From Deltaproteobacteria bacterium RBG_16_44_11 (GTDB taxonomy: Bacteria; Desulfobacterota; Syntrophia; Syntrophales; Smithellaceae): a stretch of DNA of 42,370 nt. The stretch is from positions 40,896-83,265 of the forward strand of contig MGQN01000014.1 of assembly GCA_001797845.1 (NCBI GenBank). The letters are read 5' to 3'. Made by a program: the position numbers and the translations under genes. Shown here piece by piece: positions 35,355 through 42,370 of this stretch. The notes below the pieces were generated by a model. That model saw only the letters and a list, made by a program, of their open reading frames with translations. It ran no database searches and was not told the DNA's origin. The first letter of the stretch is position 1. Every line of letters starts with the position of its first letter.

Positions 35355-36926
35355 CTAAAGTGGAATATTATTATGTTTCTTGGACACTCTTGTTTCTTTT
35401 TTATCTTTTAAAGCTTCCAAGAGAGCGATAATTCTTATTCGAGTATTGCGCGGAGCAATTATTTCTTCGATGATCCCCAGAGATGCCGCAAAGTATGGAT
35501 TATTGAATTTTTCTTCATAAGCGGCAACAAGCTCCGTTCTTTTGGCGGCAGGGTCTTTGGCGGCAGAGATTTCACTGCGGTAAATAATATTGCAGGCGCC
35601 TTCCGCGCCCATGACGGCAATTTCCGCCGTTAGCCAGGCCATAACATAATCCGCCCCTAACTGCTTACTGCACATGCCCAGATATGCTCCGCCATAAGCT
35701 TTGCGGATGATGACGGTTATTTTGGGCACCGTCGCTTCCGAATAAGCGTGCAGAAGTTTCGCGCCGTGGCGGATTATACCCGCCCATTCCTGATTGGTGC
35801 CCGGCATGTAACCGGGAACATCGGTCAAAGTCAAAAGTGGAATATTAAAAGCGTCGCAGAAGCGAATAAAACGCGAAGCTTTGTCGGAAGCGTTCACATC
35901 AAGGACACCGGCCAGAAATCTGGGATTGTTGGCGATGACGCCTACCGGTTTTCCCATGATACGGATAAAGGCGACAATAATATTTTGCGCCCAGAGATCA
36001 TGCGGTTCGAATATTTCATTATTATCGGCAACAGCTTTGATGATTTTTTTCATATCATAAGCCCGGTTGCCTTTATCGGGAATGAACGTGTCGAGTTCCG
36101 TGCAAATCCTCTGAGCGCTATCGGTGCAATTTGCTGCGGGAAGAGGGGAGTGGCAGCTATCGGGAAGAAAGGAAAGCAGGCTTTTTATTTTAGCGAGGCA
36201 ATCTTTGTCGTTTTCCGTGACAAAATGACAGACGCCGCTTTTTGTGGCATGTGCTACCGCACCACCCAGTTCATCGTGCGTAACTTCTTCGCCGATAACG
36301 GCTTTAATAACATCGGGGCCGGTGATGTACATGTAAGAGCTTTCTTTAACCATAAAGACCCAATCGGTAAGGGCAGGGGAGTAAACAGCGCCGCCGGCAG
36401 TAGGCCCCATAATAGCCGTAATTTGCGGAATGTAGCCGGAGCCGATAGTGTTGCGGTAGAAAATTCCACCATAACCTTCCAGCGCCGGAACGCCTTCCTG
36501 AATGCGCGCGCCGCCGGAATCGTTAAGCGCCACAAAAGGTTTTTGGGCGGCAATGGCCATATCCATCACTTTCCATATTTTTTTCGCGTGCATTTCACCC
36601 AGACTGCCGCCGGAGCTGGTGAAATCCTGAGCCGCGGCAAAAACAACGCGCCCGTTTACTTTGCCAAAGCCGGTAATCACGCCGTCCGAAGGGATTACTT
36701 TTTTATCCAGGCCGAACAGAGTTGAGCGATGCTGAACAAAAAGCTGAACTTCCTGAAAAGTGTCTTTATCAAACAATAAATCCAGACGTTCGCGGGCAGT
36801 AAGTTTACCGGAATCGTGATGTTTTTTTATTTGCTTTTCGCCACCCATCATCTTCAGGCCATGGCTTTTTTTCTCAAAATCTTTAATTTTGCCTTGCGTT
36901 GTCGCTTTTTGTAAATCGTCACTCAT
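35355..36926 (-). CDS. Acyl-CoA carboxylase carboxyltransferase subunit (propionyl-CoA carboxylase beta / methylmalonyl-CoA decarboxylase alpha family)
   Basis: 523 aa. Motifs ERLDLLFD, NDSGGARIQEG and GPTAGGAVYSPALTD, with duplicated crotonase-like halves. Confidence 0.92.
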   Translation of the reverse strand: MSDDLQKATTQGKIKDFEKKSHGLKMMGGEKQIKKHHDSGKLTARERLDLLFDKDTFQEVQLFVQHRSTLFGLDKKVIPSDGVITGFGKVNGRVVFAAAQDFTSSGGSLGEMHAKKIWKVMDMAIAAQKPFVALNDSGGARIQEGVPALEGYGGIFYRNTIGSGYIPQITAIMGPTAGGAVYSPALTDWVFMVKESSYMYITGPDVIKAVIGEEVTHDELGGAVAHATKSGVCHFVTENDKDCLAKIKSLLSFLPDSCHSPLPAANCTDSAQRICTELDTFIPDKGNRAYDMKKIIKAVADNNEIFEPHDLWAQNIIVAFIRIMGKPVGVIANNPRFLAGVLDVNASDKASRFIRFCDAFNIPLLTLTDVPGYMPGTNQEWAGIIRHGAKLLHAYSEATVPKITVIIRKAYGGAYLGMCSKQLGADYVMAWLTAEIAVMGAEGACNIIYRSEISAAKDPAAKRTELVAAYEEKFNNPYFAASLGIIEEIIAPRNTRIRIIALLEALKDKKETRVSKKHNNIPL

Positions 36927-37184
36927 AAATATTCTCCATTTCCTTCATCATTTTTAATTAGACCAGGTTGAATTTAACTGCGATAATTACTTAAGTGCTT
37001 AATGTTAAAAAGAAATATTTTAAAATCATGGCAATACTAGCGTTTTTGACAAAAACTGGCAAGAAAAAATGATGAAATTTATCGAGAAAATTACCTGGGA
37101 AAAAACAATAATGCAAAAGTTCTTCTTTATTTTTTCGCGTAAACCGAATAAATTCCTGAACGTGAAAAAATATTAGGAAGAATT

Positions 37185-37922
37185 ATGCGTAATTTTAAAA
37201 TGATTGTGGAATATGACGGCAGTGCTTATTGTGGCTGGCAAAGGCAAAAAAACGGTACATCGATTCAGCAGGTGCTCGAAGATGCTATAAAAAAAATTAC
37301 CGGGCAAAAAGTTGCCGTTATCGGTTCCGGAAGGACTGATGCTGGAGTGCATGCCTTAAATCAAGTGGCCAGTTTTAAATGTTCCACAAGTTTGCCTATA
37401 AACAATCTATATCGGGGAATGAACAGCGTACTTCCCCCGGATATTGTGGTTAAGGAAATAGAAGAAGTAGAAGGCTCGTTTCACGCCCAGCGTGATGTCA
37501 AAAGCAAAGTCTATGTCTATAAGATATGCAATCAGCGTTTGCGTCCGGCATTGGGACGCAATTTTTTTTGGTTCATTCGTTTTGATTTGGATTTAACGTT
37601 GATGAGAGAAGCGTCTCAGTATTTAATCGGCACGCATGATTTTTCCTGCTTTTGCGCTACTGGCACGGATGTTAAAGACCGCGTGCGGACGATTATCGGT
37701 ATTGAAATAAAAACCTGTGAAGACGTACTAATCGAAATTAAAGTGGAAGCGCGAGGCTTTTTAAAATATATGGTACGCAACATTATCGGCACCCTGGTAG
37801 AGGTTGGCCGCGGTAAGAGAAAGCCTGAAGAAATGAAGGTAATAATTGAATCAAGAAACAGAAAAATTGCAGGAGCCACCGCGCCGGCCTGCGGCCTTTT
37901 TTTAAAGGAGGTTAAATACTAA
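37185..37922 (+). CDS. truA: tRNA pseudouridine(38-40) synthase
   Basis: YDGSAYCGWQRQ and the catalytic GSGRTDAGVHA. Confidence 0.92.
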   Translation: MRNFKMIVEYDGSAYCGWQRQKNGTSIQQVLEDAIKKITGQKVAVIGSGRTDAGVHALNQVASFKCSTSLPINNLYRGMNSVLPPDIVVKEIEEVEGSFHAQRDVKSKVYVYKICNQRLRPALGRNFFWFIRFDLDLTLMREASQYLIGTHDFSCFCATGTDVKDRVRTIIGIEIKTCEDVLIEIKVEARGFLKYMVRNIIGTLVEVGRGKRKPEEMKVIIESRNRKIAGATAPACGLFLKEVKY

Positions 37923-37924
37923 AA

Positions 37925-38776
37925 GTGAAAATATTGTTGTTGGGGCATAAAGGAATGCTGGGGAGCGATCTTCTTTTAAAACTTAATATGAAGCACGAAG
38001 TTGTCGGGATGGATAAAGACAAAATAGATATTGTTTCGGCAGAAGAATGCGCCAAAGCGATTAAAGATATAGCGCCGAATATTGTCATCAATGCCGCCGC
38101 TTATACCAATGTTGATGCCTGTGAAACGGCAAAAGAGGAGTGCTTCGCGGTCAATGCCGAAGCGGTAAAAAACATAGCCGAAGCCTGCCGAGATAAAAAT
38201 ATTTGTATTATCCATTTTAGCACGGATTACGTTTTTGACGGCACAGGCACACAGCCCTACAAAGAGGAAGATAAACGCAATCCCATCAACGTTTATGGAG
38301 AATCTAAATTGGCGAGCGAACGCTATCTGCAATCTCTGGCGGATGATTATATTCTGATTCGCTCTTCCTGGTTATATGGAGTGAAGGGCAAAAACTTTGT
38401 GCAGACGATTTTGGAAAAGGCAAAAACTGCACCGATGATTTCGGTTGTCGATGATCAGGTCGGTTCGCCTACCTACACGAAAGATTTAGCAGCAGCGGTT
38501 GATTTGCTGATTGATCAGAATCTCAAAGGAATTTTTCATATAACCAACAGAGGCAGCTGCAGCTGGTATCAATTTGCCGTAAAAATTTTGCAGGAATGCG
38601 GTTTAGATGATGTTGAGGTGACGCCCATTAAATCCGATAAACTCCCCAGACCGGCCATGCGTCCCGCCTACAGCGTTTTGAGCATACAAAAATTCGTTTC
38701 CGCTACCGAAAAAACAATGCAGCCCTGGCAAATGGCCCTGCAGGATTATCTCAAAAGTATTAAGAGGTTAAATTGA
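37925..38776 (+). CDS. rfbD: dTDP-4-dehydrorhamnose reductase
   Basis: GTG start. Motifs LLLGHKGMLG, NAAAYTNVD, STDYVFDG and YGESK (YxxxK). Confidence 0.9.
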   Translation: MKILLLGHKGMLGSDLLLKLNMKHEVVGMDKDKIDIVSAEECAKAIKDIAPNIVINAAAYTNVDACETAKEECFAVNAEAVKNIAEACRDKNICIIHFSTDYVFDGTGTQPYKEEDKRNPINVYGESKLASERYLQSLADDYILIRSSWLYGVKGKNFVQTILEKAKTAPMISVVDDQVGSPTYTKDLAAAVDLLIDQNLKGIFHITNRGSCSWYQFAVKILQECGLDDVEVTPIKSDKLPRPAMRPAYSVLSIQKFVSATEKTMQPWQMALQDYLKSIKRLN

Positions 38777-38944
38777 TTGTTCTTTGGCTATATCTTTATG
38801 TTAAAATCAAAGTCCGGGATAATTTAATTCCTATTGCAACATGGCGAATATTTTGTTATTTTATAACAAAAGTGCTTGGGCTTAATTTGTTTTCCTTAAG
38901 ACATTTGGTCTTCGGCAAACATCAAAGAAAGAAGGAGGATGTTT

Positions 38945-39967
38945 ATGAAGTCAAAATACATATCCGTCACGACAATGCTTGGCTTATTGTTTGTCTTTAC
39001 GGCAACGGGTATTTGCCAGGAAAAGACAACTATGAACGATTGGGTGGTGAAAGTCGGGCAGGGCTCTATTAATTGGACGGCAGGTTATATTGAAGCGGTG
39101 GGAATTGCCGCGCCGCCTGACAGATCAGTCAACAAAATCAACGCCCGCCCAATGGTTCTGCGCGCGGCCAAAGCGGATGCCTTACGCAATTTATTGGAAA
39201 TTGTTAAAGGTATTCAGGTAGATTCGAAAACGACGATAAGAGCCTATATGGTGGAAAGCGACATTATTAATACGCAAGTGAGCGGTCTTGTACAGGGAGC
39301 CATGGTTGCAGATCAACAATATATCCCCGATGGGACGGTAGAAGTTAAATTAAAAATGTCCCTTTATGGAGATTTAGCGCGAACAGTTCTACCCCCGGCG
39401 ATTGAAAAAAGAAAAAGCTTAGCACCTCCAGTTTCCGCTCCTCCAGTGTCAACGCCGCCTGTGGCGGCCACACCGTCAGTAGCACCGCCACCTGCAACAC
39501 CGCTTGCACCTCCTACGGCAACCACTCCACCAGCGCCATCTCCGGCGGCTGCAACATCGGCCACGACTCCTCCTGCTTCAACGCCACCTGCGGCAGCAGT
39601 GCCAGCTGCACGACCGGCTCTATTAGCATATACGGGTGTGGTTGTGGACGCTCGCGGAATTCAGGCACAGCCGGCAATATCCCCAAGAATATTTGACGAA
39701 AACGGCATAGAAATTTATGGCTTCGTAAATGTTGACCGTGAATACGCGTTAAAACAAGGTGTGAGCGGCTACGCGCGGGATCTTGCCGCCGCACAGCAAA
39801 ACCAGAGAGTAACGGCAAAGCCTTTAATTGTTAAAGCTTTGAAAACAAGTGGTGCAGGGAAAACCGATTTTATTATCAGTAATGCCGACGCTCAACAAAT
39901 TCGAGCTGCGGAGACCAGTACCGAATTTATAAAACAGTGGTGCCGCATGATAATTGTTTTGGATTGA
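38945..39967 (+). CDS. LPP20/FlgP-like domain protein with a Pro/Thr/Ala-rich linker and an unassigned C-terminal domain
   Basis: ATG 38945 sits 6 nt after AGGAGG (the track start at 38939 abuts the SD). A signal peptide is present. The LPP20-like segment is GYIEAVGIAAPP...RAAKADALRNLLEIVKGIQVDSKT...VSGLVQGA. A 65-aa PT/A linker follows, then a roughly 115-aa C-terminal domain. Confidence 0.65.
   Translation: MKSKYISVTTMLGLLFVFTATGICQEKTTMNDWVVKVGQGSINWTAGYIEAVGIAAPPDRSVNKINARPMVLRAAKADALRNLLEIVKGIQVDSKTTIRAYMVESDIINTQVSGLVQGAMVADQQYIPDGTVEVKLKMSLYGDLARTVLPPAIEKRKSLAPPVSAPPVSTPPVAATPSVAPPPATPLAPPTATTPPAPSPAAATSATTPPASTPPAAAVPAARPALLAYTGVVVDARGIQAQPAISPRIFDENGIEIYGFVNVDREYALKQGVSGYARDLAAAQQNQRVTAKPLIVKALKTSGAGKTDFIISNADAQQIRAAETSTEFIKQWCRMIIVLD
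39421..39618 (+). repeat. Imperfect roughly 15-nt tandem repeats encoding (A/T)PPV(S/A)-type units (GC-rich low-complexity linker)
   Basis: gcacctccagtttcc / gctcctccagtgtca / acgccgcctgtggcg / gccacaccgtcagta / gcaccgccacctgca ... Confidence 0.7.
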
Positions 39968-39993
39968 ATTGAGAACCGCAAAGTGCAATGTTT

Positions 39994-40035
39994 AAGCCGT
40001 AGCCACAAAGGTATTCAGTGGCTGCGGCTTTTTTA
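39994..40035 (+). terminator. Rho-independent terminator after the LPP20-like gene
   Basis: 13-bp stem AAGCCGTAGCCAC / GTGGCTGCGGCTT (one G-U pair), an 11-nt loop, then TTTTTT. Confidence 0.8.
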
Positions 40036-40043
40036 ATGAGACT

Positions 40044-40075
40044 CAAACTTTACAAGCTAAGCGTGGTAAAGTTTG
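40044..40075 (+). other. 10-bp perfect hairpin (CAAACTTTAC-N12-GTAAAGTTTG)
   Basis: Arms at 40044..40053 and 40066..40075. No T-tract. Confidence 0.5.
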
Positions 40076-40087
40076 TAAGTCGAATTA

Positions 40088-40113
40088 ATCCCGCGAGCAG
40101 AGCGAAGCGGGAT
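40088..40113 (+). repeat. REP-like palindromic unit (ATCCCGC-N12-GCGGGAT)
   Basis: 7-bp stem. The core CCCGC/GCGGG is shared with the hairpin at 31651..31670. Confidence 0.45.
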
Positions 40114-40139
40114 AGTGACGCCGTATAGGGGGTATTAAA

Positions 40140-41927
40140 TTGTCTAAGTGTATCGTTGTATTATCAGAAGAAATAGCTAATAAAATCGCCGCCGGTGAGG
40201 TGGTGGAAAGGCCGGCTTCCATTGTTAAAGAATTAGCGGAAAATTCCATTGATGCCGGAGCCACAGATATCCGCGTGGAGTTGGAAAAAGGCGGCTGCCA
40301 ATCGATTAAAGTAGTTGATAATGGTTCGGGAATAGAAAGTGAAGATGTGGCGTTGGTTTTTGAAAGACATGCCACAAGTAAAATTTATAAATTCGAAGAT
40401 ATTTATCAGGTGGCTTCTTTTGGTTTCCGCGGCGAGGCGATGCCCAGTATTGCTTCCATCGCGCGGGTAGAATTATTAACGAGAAAAAAAGAAGATTTAG
40501 CAGGAACAAAAGCGGTTGTGGAAGCAGGCACAATCAAAGAAATTTCTCCTGCCGGCTGTCCTATGGGCACGCAAATATTTGTAAATAATATTTTTGCCAA
40601 TATTCCCGCACGCAAGAAATTTTTAAAGAAAGAAACTACGGAACAAAGTTTATGTTTGGACGCTATTACCCGCGTGGCTTTGGCTCATCCCCATATCCGT
40701 TTTACGGCGCTGGTTAATGGGAGAGAGGTCTTCGCCGCTCCGGTAGCAAACAATTTATCCGAAAGAATCGCCGCGGTTATGGGAATGGATTTTTCCGCAA
40801 ATTGTATCCCCCTGCATAATGAAAAAGAACAAATAAGCTTGACGGGATTTATTTCACATCCCGAATATACAAAGTCAAATTCTAAAAATATTTTTTTGTT
40901 TGTCAATAAACGTTTTGTGCGCGACAATAGTCTAACGCATGCTGTTTTATCGGCGTACCGTCAGGTTATCCAGCCACGACGCTATCCCGCCGTTGTATTA
41001 TTTATAGAATTGCCGGCCCAAGATGTTGATGTTAATGTTCATCCGGCCAAACTGGAAGTTCGCTTTAAAGATTCGCGCGGTCTTTATGAGCTTATTTCCA
41101 ACACCGTCGCGCAAAATCTTGCCGAGGCTAAAAATGTAAAGGGTAGTTTTATTTATCGCCTGACGCCGCGGGGAAAAACAATTACTTCCGACATCACGCG
41201 TCAAACAACTAACCTTCAAGGGCAATATGAGGGTTTGTTTTCCAGAGATAAATTGCGGGCAGCGATTGCCGACGATTTACAGAAAAGGTCTGTCGAAGAA
41301 AAAGTACATATTGCCGAACATGACGTTGATGAAGCAAAAGAAGAAAAAATCTTTTCCAATTTTAAATATATCGGGCAATTTGCCAATACATACATTGTAT
41401 TCGATGATAATAACGATTTGGTTTTGCTCGATCAGCACGCTGCTCATGAGCGTATTATATTGGAACGTTTAAAAAAAACGGCGGGGCAAAAAATTCTCAG
41501 CCAGCAATTGCTGATACCGGAGATTGTTAGTTTATCGCCCGGCCAGATATCATTATTTTCAGATTATATTGATTTATTAAACCAAATCGGTTTGGAAGTA
41601 GAGATATTCGGCCGGGACGCGCTTGCGGTAAAAGCGCTTCCGGCAATATTATCGCATAGTCAGGCCAAAGAAGTAATTTCCGATATTGCCGATAAATTAA
41701 GCGAACAAAGCCCTTTATCTTCATGGCAAGAGAAAAAAGAAAAAATATTTGCGGCTTTAGCGTGCCGCGCGGCAATCAAGGCAAACTATGTTCTTTCCTT
41801 GGAAGAAGTTGAAGTACTTTGCCGCGATTTGGATGACACGCCTTTTAATCTTACGTGTCCGCACGGCCGTCCCATCCGTATCAGGTTTTCTTTGAGTGAA
41901 ATCGAAAGAATGTTCAAGAGAAAATAA
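40140..41927 (+). CDS. mutL: DNA mismatch repair protein MutL
   Basis: TTG start 7 nt after AGGGGG. Motifs IAAGEVVERPASIVKELAENSIDAGA, DNGSGI and FGFRGEA, with a C-terminal dimerisation/endonuclease region (DQHAAHERI). Confidence 0.93.
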   Translation: MSKCIVVLSEEIANKIAAGEVVERPASIVKELAENSIDAGATDIRVELEKGGCQSIKVVDNGSGIESEDVALVFERHATSKIYKFEDIYQVASFGFRGEAMPSIASIARVELLTRKKEDLAGTKAVVEAGTIKEISPAGCPMGTQIFVNNIFANIPARKKFLKKETTEQSLCLDAITRVALAHPHIRFTALVNGREVFAAPVANNLSERIAAVMGMDFSANCIPLHNEKEQISLTGFISHPEYTKSNSKNIFLFVNKRFVRDNSLTHAVLSAYRQVIQPRRYPAVVLFIELPAQDVDVNVHPAKLEVRFKDSRGLYELISNTVAQNLAEAKNVKGSFIYRLTPRGKTITSDITRQTTNLQGQYEGLFSRDKLRAAIADDLQKRSVEEKVHIAEHDVDEAKEEKIFSNFKYIGQFANTYIVFDDNNDLVLLDQHAAHERIILERLKKTAGQKILSQQLLIPEIVSLSPGQISLFSDYIDLLNQIGLEVEIFGRDALAVKALPAILSHSQAKEVISDIADKLSEQSPLSSWQEKKEKIFAALACRAAIKANYVLSLEEVEVLCRDLDDTPFNLTCPHGRPIRIRFSLSEIERMFKRK

Positions 41928-41930
41928 TCC

Positions 41931-42370
41931 ATGGAAAAATTGCCTTTAGTTATTATCAACGCCCCTACGGCGACGGGTAAAACGGAATTGGCCATAGACC
42001 TGGCGCAGGAATTTGGCGGAGAAATTCTTAACGCTGATTCTCTGCAGGTTTACCGTTATCTGGATATTGGTACGGCAAAACCGACTATCGAACAAAGAAA
42101 TAAGGTTAAACATCATTTAATCGATGTTGTTGATCCGGATGAGGAATTTAATGCCGCTATTTTTACCCAAATGGCGCGCCAGATTATTCAAAACCTGGCC
42201 CAGGCGAGAAAGCCTGTTTTCGTTGTGGGAGGAACAGGGCTTTATATACGCGCATTACTTAAAGGAATTATCGATACGCCCGCAGTTGATAATAATATTC
42301 GCAATCATTACCGACGACTTGGTGAAGTTCACGGCAAAGAACATCTGTTTAATTTGTTGAAAAAAAGAGA
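41931..42370 (+). CDS. miaA: tRNA dimethylallyltransferase (5' part; runs off the window)
   Basis: Not in the ORF track because there is no stop. ATG 41931 gives MEKLPLVIINAPTATGKTELAIDLA...ILNADSLQVYRYLDIGTAKP...HHLIDV...VGGTGLYIRALL. Confidence 0.9.
   Translation, partial: MEKLPLVIINAPTATGKTELAIDLAQEFGGEILNADSLQVYRYLDIGTAKPTIEQRNKVKHHLIDVVDPDEEFNAAIFTQMARQIIQNLAQARKPVFVVGGTGLYIRALLKGIIDTPAVDNNIRNHYRRLGEVHGKEHLFNLLKKR

Noticed and set aside
35748-36725. 325-aa plus-strand ORF
   Set aside because: It is fully antisense to the strongly supported carboxyltransferase gene. Its Arg/Gly/Ala-rich composition is typical of a shadow ORF in GC-richer DNA, and it has no SD or recognisable motif.
37020-37070. 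TGGCA-containing stretches as sigma54 promoters upstream of truA or the carboxyltransferase gene
   Set aside because: The GG-N10-GC spacing is not met in either candidate.
38773-39072. 99-aa ORF spanning the rfbD / LPP20-like intergenic region
   Set aside because: It overlaps the promoter region and the signal-peptide coding part of the better-supported LPP20-like gene in another frame. It has no SD and no motif.
31651-40113. Possibility that the CCCGC/GCGGG palindromes are CRISPR repeats
   Set aside because: Only two copies exist, 8.4 kb apart. They differ in loop length, lack regular spacers, and no cas genes are present.

Overview
This 42.4-kb window is gene-dense, with about 40 CDS and roughly 40% GC by eye. 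It uses the standard genetic code: TAA, TAG and TGA each terminate recognisable conserved proteins. TTG and GTG starts are frequent. Nearly all content is core housekeeping from an apparently anaerobic bacterium. HDFNN-type hybrid kinases, a NIL-ferredoxin, a rubrerythrin-like protein and several radical SAM enzymes support this, but the taxon cannot be determined from here.

Gene order, left to right:
- A hybrid histidine kinase that runs off the left edge and is absent from the ORF track, preceded by a dual-PilZ protein.
- A lipoprotein, a Na/Pi-PhoU transporter and a ferritin-like protein.
- A 7-gene minus-strand block: mtaB, rnc, radical SAM, era, der and an ABC-F ATPase.
- A membrane matrixin, a NIL-ferredoxin, an esterase, a DUF1015 protein, a TrmN6-like methyltransferase and a DUF721/DciA-like protein.
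- A second PAS hybrid kinase and a macro-domain protein.
- A hypothetical gene, pcm, an NlpD-like protein and a second radical SAM.
- carD, yacL-like, ispDF and gltX.
- A small accessory patch: higBA, a membrane protein, a GT25-like protein and an AT-rich orphan.
- An SMP-30-like protein, an acyl-CoA carboxyltransferase, truA, rfbD, an LPP20-like protein, mutL and miaA (which runs off the right edge).

I saw no rRNA, tRNA, CRISPR array, transposase, integrase or phage genes. I do not see a convincing novel multi-gene system. The best leads are:
1. The dual-PilZ protein, which has a roughly 340-aa unassigned C-terminal module and is 2-nt-coupled to a V4R-like/GAF/PAS hybrid kinase.
2. An Elp3-core-like radical SAM gene wedged, with overlapping junctions, between rnc and era.
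3. A second radical SAM with a non-canonical Cx4Cx2C motif.
4. An ATG-TAA start-stop or frameshift anomaly at the 5' end of the macro-domain gene.
5. An 11-bp direct repeat bracketing the higBA-GT25 block.

All functional calls come from motif recognition by eye. No searches were run.
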